Source: Octopus bimaculoides
Lineage: Eukaryota
Reading direction: 5' to 3'
DNA: 59,810 nt
NCBI RefSeq assembly: GCF_001194135.2
Contig: NC_068982.1
Coordinates: forward strand, 85,495,028-85,554,837
Shown in pieces: positions 37,720 through 49,817 of this stretch (position 1 is the first letter of the stretch; each line of letters begins with the position of its first letter). The notes beneath the pieces are model-generated. The model was given only the letters and a program-made list of their open reading frames with translations. It did not search any database and was not told the DNA's origin. The position numbers and the translations under genes are program-made.

Positions 37720-38803
37720 TACCTGCAGCAAAATAGTTTAGCACCCTAGAACATTCCTGCTGACATGGTTGCTACATTAGGGGATGATGCTCCAGCTTCA
37801 TCATCAGTGCAAAAGTGGGCAGCTGCATTTAGGAGGAGAAGAGACAGTCTTGAGGAAGACCCAAGGTCTTGATGTCCTGCAGCTGCCACCACTGAGGAAA
37901 ACATTGATTGTGTTCACCACATGCTGAGGAATGACAAGCAACTGACTATAAATCAAATAGCCAATGCTATCAGCATATCCCATGAGTGTTGACACTATTG
38001 TGTGCAGTAACTTTGTCATTACAAAGGTTTCTGTTGAATGGGGTGCCACATCTTCTGACCTAATGAGAAGCACACCAGGCTGATCACACCAGGCTGATCA
38101 CACCACAGGGAATTCTGACACTGTTTCAGGCAGATCCAGTTGGTTTCCTTGAACAATTCCTAATCCATGATGTTTGGCTTCATCACATTGAGCCAGAGAC
38201 AAAGAGACAGTCCATGCAGAGGAAACTTCCCTCCTCATCTGCTCCAAAGAAGTCAAGGTCATTTCATCTGCAGGGAAAGTGATGGCTTCAGTTTTTCTTA
38301 ATAAAAGGCATTGTTTATTGACTATCTTCCAAAAGATCCACACCATCATTGGAGAGCACTATGCCAACTTACTAAGACTGTTATATAAGGCTATCAAAAC
38401 CAAATGTCCAAGAAAACTTATGAATGGGTCTTGTTACATCAAGGCAATACTCCAGCACAGAAATTCTTGGTTTCAAAGGTTGTTATTCATGACTGTGGCT
38501 TTGAACTAACTGGTTGATCACCTTCCCTGTTCGCCTGATTTGGCCCCATCTGGCTATCATCTGTTCCTTTATATAGAAAACATTTGGCTGAGAACCAATG
38601 TTGCAATGATGATGATATATCTGTTGTTGATGACTTCTTTGATAAACAGGATGAAAGTTTCTTCATTAATGGTATCCAAGCACTGCAACACCAATGGAAG
38701 AAGTGTGTGGATCACGCGGGGGACTATATTGAAAAATAAACCAAATTTGGTCACATTCCATGATAATATCTTGATCAGCCTATGAACTTTTTACTGGTCC
38801 TAG
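37720..38803 (+). mobile_element. Decayed mariner transposon
   Basis: IPADMVATLGDDAP...VQKWAA, SPDLAPSGYHLF, GIQALQHQWKKCVDHAGDYIEK*; right TIR tcagcctatgaactttttactggtcctagta. Confidence 0.88.
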
Positions 38804-38835
38804 TAAGAAATAATATTCACATGCGCACGTGCGAG

Positions 38836-38838
<3 letters not shown>

Positions 38839-38925
<87 letters not shown>
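38839..38925. repeat. (CA)n microsatellite
   Basis: Directly visible. Confidence 0.97.
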
Positions 38926-38926
<1 letters not shown>

Positions 38927-39186
38927 CTTAACATTGCACTGTGTTCATGTTGCAAACTAAGATTTTCAAATAATTGTGCTGTTATTTTATATATTAAAAT
39001 ACTCCAAACAAAGGGAGTGAGAGGAGAGATGAGAGAATGAGACATGTAAAGGTTCGGTGATGTCACAAATTTTGCTATATATTTATCTCCTTAATTTCTG
39101 TACTTCTTTCAGCCTTCCAACTTTCTCTTGCATGTTTACTTTAATACTATGCAATATAAAGGACATTTTTTGCTTATTTTTGGTAG

Positions 39187-39268
39187 ATACATTTGGAAAC
39201 CTTGTTAAGTGCAATCCAAGAGAATATCCGATGTACAGCTTCAAATGATCCTGTCGTGGAAATAGCTG
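39187..39268 (+). CDS. MAP3K5: 82-nt exon of ASK-family MAP3K (phase 0 to phase 1)
   Basis: Acceptor ttgcttatttttggtag|, donor G|gtaact. Encodes IHLETLLSAIQENIRCTASNDPVVEIA, matching ASK1 EHITTLIASLREFVRST with no gap when the three exons are joined. Confidence 0.8.
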
Positions 39269-39804
39269 GTAACTTAAATTCTTTTTAATATGAAGCCATA
39301 CATTGAATACAAATGAAATTTTGATAAACAATTTGTATTTACACTTAAAATAAATCAATAGTGTTAAAATATACATAGGTCTCTATTTCAAATTTCCTTG
39401 CTTTTCCAGTTGGATATGCCAGGGCTCACATAGTAACACAGTAAAGCTGCTTATATTTATTTGGGTTATAGACCTGGCTCTTGATTGCTTTAGCAATGAT
39501 CACATTGTTGCAAAACTCAGTCGCAGCAATTTGAGGGGGCCCACAAACATCATACATACCATCCTTCTCACTTTGTTTATTTAAAAAAAAAAACCTCAGA
39601 CACTAATTGTTTTATTAAAAAAATGTTGCTAAATTTTTCACTAAATGATATCAATGAATTAAGAACTGAAGTTCATACAATTAGCTAAAACCACACACCA
39701 GTGACAGCAAAACTTAAAAGAAGGTGCATGTGCATATATTGTTTTGTTTTATGTTTGTTTTCCCATGCTACCTTGGGGTCAAAAAGACTTTTTATTAACT
39801 GCAG

Positions 39805-39911
39805 GGCTTCTAGCTACTTCAAGTTTCATGCTGCGAAAGTGTAGTAACCAGGCTGGCGAAAGTACAGTAATCAGGCTGGCTTATATAGCATACCATGCCC
39901 TATCCATTCAG
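39805..39911 (+). CDS. Weak candidate for the next ASK exon
   Basis: ttattaactgcag| acceptor with an open phase-1 frame (GLLATSSFMLRKCSNQAGESTVIRLAYIAYHALSIQ). The donor is poor and similarity to ASK is weak. Confidence 0.2.
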
Positions 39912-40059
39912 GTTCAGTAAATGTGGCTGCTCCTTAAGAAAATACAAATAAAACAAGAATATAAAAACGAGAGGAAAACTTAAAGTGAAAGTGGATAAGA
40001 GTTATGTCCCTTTAATCCTTTGGAAGCTGCATATTTTTAATATAGTGTTTACATGTAAA

Positions 40060-40320
40060 ATAACAGTGTTTAGTGAGAGGTAATTGAAAGTGAAAAAGCC
40101 AGAATATGTTTAATCTAGGGAGAATTTTGTGTGGCTTAAGTGAAACGGCACTTTTATTTGGGCAGCAGTTGTAAGAAACTTTCATGGAATGTCTGTTAAA
40201 GATTTTCGTATATGTGTCGTTATTGGGGGGGGGGTATCTATTGCTATTGGGGGGATGCTTATTCNNNNNNNNNNTATTGGGGGGGGGGTATCTATTGCTA
40301 TTGGGGGGATGCTTATTCAA
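40060..40320 (-). mobile_element. Penelope-like fragment
   Basis: TYTKIFNRHSMKVSYNCCPN resembles the PLE KIFNRN..KVSYSCMPN motif. Confidence 0.6.
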
Positions 40321-40369
40321 CAAGTCTAGGTTTTACCTACATTAATCCTAAATTCAAATTTAAGGTAAA

Positions 40370-41250
40370 CAAAGTTCTTTTTTAATCTAAAATATACACT
40401 CCTTCATTTTCTACAATGCTCTTCCATCTATCTGGTCGGCTTGCAAGGCCCCTTTTCCAAAATCCATTTGTCTGTGGCAAAAAATACTCCTCCAGTACTG
40501 TTCTGACTTTGTCTACAGAATTCATATCTTTTCTGTCCATATGATTTTGAAGATTGCAGAATAAATGATAATCAGATGGAGCAATGTCTGGTGAATATGG
40601 TAGGTGGGGCATCATTTCCCATTCAAACTGCTCCAGTCTTCGAATGTCATCTTTGCTGTATGTGGCAAAGCATTATCCTGATGGAAAAACACCTGTCATC
40701 TTGAAACCAAAGATGGTAATTTTTCTTCTAGTGCTGACTTGACTGACTGGTTGAATGACCAAATCCAAGATTCTTTGCTAGTTTCTCAACAGTTATGATG
40801 GGATTTTGTTCCAGCAGGGTTTGCAGGATGTCTTCATTGAGCTCTACAGATCTTCCAGGACAAGGCTTGTCTTCTAGGCTATAGTTTCCGGCTCGGAATT
40901 TCTGGAACCACCATCAATACTGGCTTATGCTTATTGTCTGGTCCCCATATACTGCATTTAATATTCCTCGCACTTTCTGTTGCATTTTTGCCTTTATTGA
41001 ACTCCATTACAGCTTTGAAAAAATAACTGTTAAAATCGAACTGCATTCTTCAAAACTTGGACTAAGAATAAGTAGAAAGTAAAATTACTACCTGCTTTTA
41101 TAGCAAGTTGGTGCTGGTAGTTTATCCCTAAACCTCTCTGACTTTTAGTTCATGCAATTGAAAAAAAAACATTATTTATGGGATGACCCATTATATACCT
41201 AAGTTTTTCATTTGGTCCAGGGAAGTATCTAAGAAATAAACTTTAGTAAG
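40370..41250 (-). mobile_element. Decayed mariner transposon
   Basis: PHLPYSPDIAPSDYHLF...RWKSIVENEGVYILD*. Confidence 0.85.
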
Positions 41251-41259
41251 GTTGCCTCA

Positions 41260-42690
41260 TGGACATCCTCCTGAAGCCATTTCTAAAATACATCGAAAGT
41301 TATATTAGAAAGAAATGACTTAGATATGTGAAATCACCTACCAGAAAAGGTCAAGGAAGAAACAATCATGGTTACATTTGATGTGATAAACCTATACACT
41401 AACATACCCCATAATTATGGAATAGAAGCAATCCGGTTCTGGCTGGACAAATATCCAGAAGAAATACTAGATTTCATAATCGAATAAATAAGATTCACCC
41501 TTCAAAACAACCACTTCATGTTCGACACCACTGTTTATCACCAAAAATCTGGAGGTGTCATGGGAACCAGGGCAGCCCCAACCATTGCTAACCTAACAAT
41601 GGGCTATTTAGAAATAACAATATAGCAGGAGTCATTTTTTAAATATGGAAACCCTCTCTTCCAATACCTAAAAGAAAATTGGAAAAGATTTTTGGATGAC
41701 TGCTTCATCCTCTGGAATGACAACATAGATTAACTCCTGAAGTTCAAAAGACTCCTTAGTAGCATTAACACCAACATACAATTTACAATGGAACACAGCC
41801 AAGAGGAACTCCCATTCCTAGACATATTGGTTAAAAAAATAAACAAAAAAATAGAAACAGACATCTTTTACAAAATCACAGACGCTAAACAATATCTGTT
41901 GTTTAGCTCATGCTACATGTGACATATCAAAACAAATATGCAAGAAGGATTTGCACCATAGTGTCCAAAAAAATACCAGTGAACTGAGATTGCATACTCC
42001 AGGACAGGACACTACCCAATTCAACTCATAAATAAAGGGATTAAATGTGAAAAATCGATTGACATAACAACATTAAGAAAAGTCGAACACAATAACACAC
42101 CTACTTTGAAAACACTACCTTATATCTCCACATACAGCCCCAGAAACAAAGAAACATTTAACATTATTGTTCAAAATCTCCCAGTACTCCATAAGAACTC
42201 CAAACTGAAGGAAATTCTATGTACCAATAAAATCAGTAAAATCAGTAAACAACCAAAGACATTAAAGAAGATCCTCAAAAATGCTAAATTATTTTCAAGA
42301 ATAATGGATGCAAGAGTAAAAAAGTGTGGTCGTACTAACTGCAGAACATGTCCTAATCTTTTGGACGGATCAGAATTCCATTTTAGACAAGGGCAAAAAT
42401 TGAAAATTAAATCCAACTTCACTTGCGCCTCTGCAAACCTCATTTATATAATCAGATGCTTCGGCTGCCATAAAAACTATATAGGGTCAACAGGAATGTC
42501 AGTCAGATAACAGATATCTTCCCCACAATATCGCCAGATATATCTCAGTGAACACGCTGACAGATGTGCAGAAGAACTGCAACCACAATTCCTAATCTTC
42601 CCATTATATCAATTTGCTTAACACAAGTATGACTAAATAAAGAGGCCTCATTTATGGAAAAATATAAGCCGAAATTAATATAAACCCATA
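41260..42690 (+). mobile_element. Penelope-like element (RT + GIY-YIG), few disablements
   Basis: VTFDVINLYTNIP, GVMGTRAAPTIANLTMGYLE, WKRFLDDCF, LPFLDIL, CGRTNCRTC, NLIYIIRCFGCHKNYIGSTG. Confidence 0.92.
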
Positions 42691-42886
42691 TTGAAAATTA
42701 GAGATTTATCCCAACTATTGTAAGAATCAAATGAAGACCAGTATAAAAAATTACAGATTTACCTCCCCTTTACTATAAAATACCTTGCTTACCAATTATC
42801 CCACCTAACAAACAAAACTCATAATTTGAAAAGTGATAGTGAAACCGATTATTATGTTGGAACAAAAAATTCTTATTTTGTACAAT

Positions 42887-43038
42887 ATTTACATTATTTA
42901 CATTTGACGTATATTTGTCCTCATCTTGCTTGGTGTTAACATAACGTTTCGGTTGATATACCCTCCAGCCTTCATCAGGTGTCTTGGGGAAATTTCGAAC
43001 CTGGGTTCTCATTCCTAAGGTATTTTTCGATGTTGTTA

Positions 43039-43106
<68 letters not shown>

Positions 43107-43177
43107 TCACTACCTGGAATTGAACTCAGAATCTTGGGCTGAGTAGCCCACGCTCTTAACCACTATACCATATGCCC
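42887..43177 (-). mobile_element. tRNA-headed SINE-like unit with (AAT)n linker and hammerhead tail (second copy)
   Basis: Reverse complement is colinear with 18590-18817 and has a longer (AAT)n. Confidence 0.88.
42938..42983 (-). ncRNA. Minimal type-I hammerhead ribozyme motif
   Basis: Minus strand GACAC-CTGATGA-aGGCTG gagggtatat CAACC-GAA-ACGT-T-ATGTT. Canonical core, one mismatch in stem II, a mismatch at pair 1.1/2.1, and palindromic AACGTT stem III. Confidence 0.75.
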
Positions 43178-43179
43178 GT

Positions 43180-43262
43180 GGGCAATATGGCATAGTGGTT
43201 AAGAGTGCAGGCTACTAACCCCAAGAATCCAAGTTCGATTACAAGCAAGTGACCTGAATAAT
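43180..43262 (+). mobile_element. Inverted tRNA-like head (head-to-head with 42887-43177)
   Basis: gggcaatatggcatagtggttaagag...ctactaacccc...gttcgatt...gtgacctgaataat. Confidence 0.85.
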
Positions 43263-43289
43263 GATAATAATCATCGTCATCATCATCAT

Positions 43290-45545
43290 CATTGTATAAC
43301 GTCCGCTTTCCATGCTAGCATGAGTTGGATGATTTCACTGAGGACTGGTGAACCAGATGGCTACACCAGGCTCCAATCTGATTTGGCAGAGTTTCTACAG
43401 CTGGAAACCCTTCCTAATGCCAACCACTCCGAGAGTAGTGGGTGCTTTTACGTGCCACCAGCATGAAGGCCAATCAGGCGGTACTGGCAACGGCCACGCT
43501 CAAAATGGTGTATTTTATGTGCCACCTGCACACGAGTCAGTCCAGCTGCACTGGCAATGATCTCGCTCAAATGTCTTTACACGTGCCAGGAAGGCGATGC
43601 TGGGCACAGGTGCCATCACGATTTTGCTTTCGCTTGCCCCAACAGGTCTTCACAAGCCAAGTTTACTGTCCAATGAAAGAGACGACGTTGGCATGGTTGC
43701 CAGTCATCAAATTTAGCTCGATTTCGATTTCACTTGCACAACAAGTCTTTGCAAGCGGAGTTTAGTGTCCATTGAAGGAAGGTACGCATAAGTGGGCTGG
43801 CTACACCCTTAGCAGAGACCTTGGATTTAGGTCTCACTTGACTTGCCGGGTCTTCTCACGCACAGCATATTTCCAAAGGTCTTGGTCAGAAGTCATTGCA
43901 TCGGTGAGGCCCAGTGTTCGAAGGTTGTGCCTCACCACCTCATCCCTGGTCTTCTTGGGCCTACCTCTTCCACAGGTTCCCTGAACTGCTAGGGTATGGC
44001 ACTTTTTCACACAGCTATCCTCATCCATTCTCGCCACATGACCATACCAGCACAATCTTGTCATGCACACCACAACTTTTCTCTCAAGGTACTTACACTC
44101 TGTCTAGTATGCACACTGACTTTACACATCCATCGGAGCATACTGGCTTCATTCCTTGCGAGCCTACACATGTCCTCAGTAGTCACGGCCCATGTTTCAC
44201 TGCCATGTAGCATGGCTGTTCGTACACATGCGTCATACAGTCTGTCTTTTACTCTGAGTGAGAGGCCCCTTGTCACCAGCAGAGGTAAGAGCTCTCTGAA
44301 CTTTGCCCAGGCTATTCTTATTCTAGCAACTACACTTTCAGCGCACCCTGGGGCCATCTACCTGAAGGGGTTTGTGTTTTGTCTACCTTCCTACTTATTA
44401 GGACTATGGTTTTAGCTAGGTTGACTCTAAGGCCCTTCGATTCTAGTCCTTGCTTCCACACCTGGAACTTCTCCTCTAATTCTGATAGTGACTCAGCAAT
44501 TAGTGGAAGGTCATCAGCATAGAGGAGCTCCCAGGGGCATCACATCTTGAATTCCTGTGTTATTGCCTAGAAGACTATGATAAATAGGAGGGGGCTGAGG
44601 ACTGAACCTTGGTGCACTCCTACCTCTTAATTGTACTCGTTGCCAACCCTCACATTACTGACAGCGTCTCTGTACATGGCTTGCACATCTCTCACTAACC
44701 ATTCTCCTATCCCTAGTTTCCTTATTGACCACCAGATAAGGGATCAGGGGACCCTGTCAAAGGCTTTCTCCATGTCAACGAAAGCCAGGTACAGAGGTTT
44801 ATCTTTGGCTAGGTATTTTTCCTGCAGCTGTCTTACCAGAAATATAGCATCAGTGGTGCTTTTCCCAGGCACAAACCCAAACTGCATCTCATCTAAACTG
44901 ACTTTCTCCCTAATTAGTTGGGCTATGACCCTCTCCGTAACTTTCACTACCTGATCTAACAACTTGATACCTCTGTAATTATTTGTATTTAAAGCATCAC
45001 CTTGACATTTGTAGCAGTTGACTATGGTGCTGCTACACAAGTCATTGGGTATGACTCCTTCGTGTATCACCTGGTTAACAATACGGGTGACTAGGCTATA
45101 GCTGACGCTGCCAGATATTTTGAGCATCTCTGCAGTGATTTTTGATGGCTTTCCCTGTCTTCATACTCTTAATTGCTTTATCTACCATGGTACTGTCAAC
45201 TCGGATAGCTGGTCCCTCTGTTGGATTGACATTTGGCAGACTCTCTTTCTCCCATTCATTCTCTTTATTGAGCAACCTTTCATAGTGGAGTCTCCAAACC
45301 TCTTTCTTTGCAGCCTCGTTTAGTGCAAGCGTACCATTATCCATGTGAACACATTTCTCTCCCACAACATCACGATTCTCTCCCACACACTGTCTTGCAA
45401 CATGAAATACCTCGATTCTTTGGTCCTCATGGTGCAGAACATTGGCAAATCTTTTCTTATCTGATTCCCCTCTGGCTTAGTAAACCTGTCTCCTAGCTTC
45501 CCTTCTGGCAGTCTGATACAATTCCCTGCTACCACCATTCTTCCA
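43290..45545 (-). mobile_element. RTE LINE, 5'-truncated
   Basis: ORF 44744-45127 NYRGIKLLDQ...QFGFVPGKSTTDAIF...DMEKAFDRVP; tail at 43290. Confidence 0.93.
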
Positions 45546-45599
45546 GCAGCCATTGTGGCCACAAAAAAAGCTGGATACTCCCTCAAACACACCAAACAG

Positions 45600-46420
45600 G
45601 AGTACTACCACCCAAACAAACCTTGTGGATAAATAATAACCAGAAAAAAATAGGAAACAAGAGAAAAGATCTGTCAATCCCTAATGAAACTAGTAGACAA
45701 GAAGAGAACAAAAATACTGTGTAAATACAAAATTACAGAAAAAGGTATACCTGAGATAAAAGAACAGCTAAAGCAAGATCACCAAAGCACAAAGTATGAG
45801 AAATGCCAACATTTCTTTAACTCCAACCCCAAAAGATTCTACCAAGAACTTAGCAAAAATAAAATAGACATCAATGCAGCACCAACAGCAGAAGAAGTGG
45901 AAGAATTTTGGAAAGAAATATGGTCGGTGAAGGAACAACTCAGAAAAGGTCTAACAAAACAATGAACTCAGCATCTGAACAACTCTGGATCCCTTTAACA
46001 ACTGAAGAGGAACCCAAGCACTGCAAAAACTAGGCAACTGGAAGGCACCCAGGCATGATAAGATCCCCAACTTCTGGTTAAAATATCTGACTGGAACACA
46101 CAAAAAGCAGGATGAGAAATTTAATAAAATACTAGCAGAGCCAGAAACAATGCCTGAATGGCTCACAAAATGGAAAACTATCCTAATTCCCAAATCCACT
46201 GAAACAGTAAACCCACAAAATTACAGACCAATAACTTGTCTCCCTACAATTTATAAAGCCTTTACTGCAATAATATTGCAGAGAATGAGCAAGCATCTGG
46301 AAGAAAACAACCTGTTACCAAGAGCTGCAGAAAGAACAAAGGTCTAAGTTTGGTCTGGATCGATTACTAAAAGGCTTTTGATAGTATTTCTCACACATGG
46401 ATCCTAGAAACACGAGCCAC
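45600..46420 (+). mobile_element. R4/Dong-like RT N-terminal fragment
   Basis: EEVEEFWKEIWS, NWKAPRHDKIPNFWLK, QNYRPITCLPTIYK. Confidence 0.8.
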
Positions 46421-46429
46421 TAGTAACAT

Positions 46430-46670
46430 GAAACACCTCAAGTCTTTGATCCTCACGGCGCAGAACATTGGCAAATTTTTTCTTATCTGCTTCCTCTCTG
46501 GCTAAGTAAACCTGCCTCCTAGCTTCCCTTCTGGCAGTCTGATACAATTCCCTGCTACCACCGTTCTTCAAGTCCTTCCAAGTCTGCTTCTTTTCTCTAA
46601 TAGCCCTGTCAACAACATTGTTCTACCACGTTATTTTGGGTTGAGAGGGGACTTTGCACCACCCTCAGAT
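46430..46670 (-). mobile_element. RTE LINE internal fragment
   Basis: Overlaps in content with 45410-45545 and continues further 5'. Confidence 0.8.
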
Positions 46671-46829
46671 CTGGATAATAATAATAATAATAATTATAAT
46701 GATAATAATGTCGAAAAATACCTAATTCCTCATCTCTTAAATATAGAATTGTACAATATTGTGTAATACTTTTGCTATTATGATTTGGTATTATATATAT
46801 ATATATCATATTTATTTAACATTTGAAGA

Positions 46830-48249
46830 CCACCACCTCTTGATGCAGTGTAGTGGGTGCATTTACGTGCCACCGGCATGAGGGCCAGTCAGGTGGTACC
46901 GGCAATGGCCATGCTCAAGTGGTGTTTTTTACATGCCAGTAAGGTGATGCTGGAGCCAGTCCAGCAGCACTGGCAATGACCTCGCTCAAATGTTTTTTCA
47001 CATGCCACTGGCACAGGTGCCAGTAAGGCGACGCTGCTAACAATCACGCTCAAATGATGCTTTTTTACGTGCCACTGGCATGTAAGCCAGTCAGCTGCTC
47101 TGGCAGCGATCATACTCGGATGGTGCTCTTAGCACTCCATTGGCACAGGTGCCAGTCATCAAATTTGCGAATTTGATTTGATTTCACTTGCCTCAACAGG
47201 TCTTCACAAGCAGAGTTTAGAGTCTAATGAAGGAAAGATATACATAAGTGGGCTGGTTACACCCCTGGCATAGGCCACGGGTTATGGTCTCACTTGGCTT
47301 GCCGGGTCTTCTCACGCACTGCATATTTCCAAAGGTCACTAGTCATTGCTTTGGTGAAGCCTAATTTTCGAAGGTCGTGCTTCACCACATCATCCCGGGT
47401 CTTCCCTCAACCACTGGGTGTGGCACTTTTTCACACAGCTATCCTCATCCATTCTCGTCACATGACCATACCAGCACAGTCATCTCTCTTGCACACCACA
47501 TCTGATGCTTCTTAGGTCCAACTTTTCTCTCAAGGTACTTACAATCTGTTGAGTACGCACACTGACATTACACATCCATCGGAGCATACTGGCTTCATTC
47601 CTTGTGAGCTTACACATGTCCTCATCAGTCACGGCCCATGTTTCACTGCTATGTAGCATGGCTGTTTGTACACATGCGTCATACAGTCTGCCTTTTACTC
47701 TGAGCGAGAAGCCCTTTGTCACCAGCAGAGGTAAGAGCTCTCTGAACTTTGCCCGGGCTATTCATATTCTAACAACTACACTTTCAGCACACCCTCCCAG
47801 CTACTGTCTTGGTCACCTCGGTAACAGAAGCTATCAACTACTTCTAGTTTTTCTCCCTGGAATGTGGCGGAAGTTGTTCTCTGCACATTTTCAGTGTTTA
47901 TTGCTCCTGAGCATCTACCACATGCAAAAACTATCTTCCCAGTTAGCCTTCTTTTGATATTGCTGCACCTCTTATGGGTACATCTTATAGAGTTTCTACC
48001 TCCGCCTTTTCTACAGATCAAGCAGGGCCATCTACCTGAAGGGATTTGTGGTTTGTCTACCTTCCTACTTATTAGGACTATGGTTTTAGCTAGGTTGACT
48101 CTAAGGCCCTTCAATTCTAATCCTTGCTTCAACACCTGAAACTTTTCCTCTAGTTCTGATAGTGACTCAGCAATTAGATCAAGGTTGTCAGCATAGAAGA
48201 GCTCCTAGGGGCATCGTGTCTTGAATTCCCCTGTTATTGCCTGGAGGAC

Positions 48250-48250
<1 letters not shown>
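46830..48250 (-). mobile_element. RTE LINE 3' portion
   Basis: KGFSLRVKGRLYDACVQTAMLHSSETWAV; 3' UTR repeat array. Confidence 0.9.
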
Positions 48251-48281
<31 letters not shown>

Positions 48282-49581
48282 CTGAGGTTGGACAAAATAA
48301 TGGAAGCGCTTTAAAATTTCAAACAAATTTATTTTAATATGGAGTAGGACTGCCTTTGGCAGTAATTACAGCTCGGATTCTATGAGGTATGGCCTCGTAC
48401 AATGTTTGAATTGTTTCCAAAGGAATTTTTGTCCATTCTTCAGCTAAAATAGTCTCCAGTTCTTGTAGTGATGATGATGGTAGAGGATATTGACTCTTTA
48501 CTTCTTTACTTGTTTTTCTAAAATACACTATAAATGGTCAATAGTATTGAGATCTGGGGACTGTGGTGGCCAGATAAGATGTTCAACTTCACTAGAATGT
48601 TCCTCGTGCCATTTGGTAACAACCTTAGCTGTGTGAATTGCTGCATTATCACCCTGGAAGATTGCGTTTCCCCCCAGAAACAGTTCTGCAACCATAGGAT
48701 GAATTTGATATGACAAAATGCTTAAATAGACTTCACTATTAATTCTGCCATGAAGGGAAACCATTGGGCCGGCGGATTTCCAACATATATCGTCCCCCCC
48801 CCCCNNNNNNNNNNNNNNNNNNNNNNCCCCCCCCGATCATCACACATCCTCCATGATTTACAGTTGGAAGAAGGAAGTTTGGGTCAAATGCTTCTGTTGG
48901 CTGTCTCCACACATATACTCAGCCTGTGTCTGAAATAAGGTAAAGAATGACTTGTCCAAGAAAATTACATTCTTCCACTGCTCTAGAGTAGGTTTTTACT
49001 CTACTCTAACTGCTTTGCAATGTTTGTTTTTGAAAGTAGTGGTTTTCTGATCACAGCCCTCCTATGAAAAATCCAGCTTTGTGCAGCTCCCAGTGATCAG
49101 TTTTTGTGGAAACTGGGTTCTCGAGGTAGTCATTAAGCTCTGCAGTAATTTTGGGAGCTGTACTTTTGTGATCCTTTCTAACAATTTGTGTAAGATCCCT
49201 GTCTGAAAGTTTGGGTTTTCTTCCAGAGTTTTGTTTCAAAGAGGAGGTTTTTCCCTCTTTCTCAAAGGCTCTCATTACTTTTGAGACAGTACTTCTTGAT
49301 ATACCAAACAATTCGGCTGTTTTCATCACACTAGCGCCTGCGATATTAGCACCAACAATTTGACCTCTTTGAAAGTCCAATAGATGTGTCATTTTAATGA
49401 ATTTTAATTACCTTTTCCTGATGATATCCAAAAAGAAACAGCAATTTTAGCAAAACATATTAAGCAACACTAATAATAAATCAAAGAACATAAAAATAAA
49501 CAAGCTTTTGACGGCTTTATAGATATTTCAAAATTATGATGATATGATGCTAGGTGTTTCCATTATTTTGTCCAACCCCTG
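48282..49581 (-). mobile_element. Tc1-like transposon with both TIRs and TA flanks; transposase disrupted
   Basis: TIRs ctgaggttggacaaaataatggaa / ttccattattttgtccaacccctg; HTH FQRGQIVGA...FGISRSTVSKV; FQGDNAAIH...WPPQSPDLN. Confidence 0.93.
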
Positions 49582-49589
49582 TATATATA

Positions 49590-49720
49590 CAGAGCCACAT
49601 GGTTTTGGATTCAGTGCCAGTGTGTAGTACCTTAGGCAAGTGTCTTCTGCTATAGCCTCAGGCCAACTGAAGCCTTGTGATTGAATTTGGTTGGTGGAAG
49701 TTTTCATTGTGTGTGTACAT
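49590..49720 (+). mobile_element. SINE fragment (family also at 575-660 minus and 55010-55080)
   Basis: Shared ggcaagtgtcttctgctatagcc...gccttgtga.tgaatttgg block. Confidence 0.6.
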
Positions 49721-49782
49721 GTGTGTTTTAGTGCTTGTGCATTCAAACAGAGAGGAAGGAAAAATATATGTATCTATATGTT

Positions 49783-49817
<35 letters not shown>

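Noticed and set aside
40225-40320. Direct repeat either side of a 10-N gap
   Set aside because: Most likely overlapping contig ends left unmerged.
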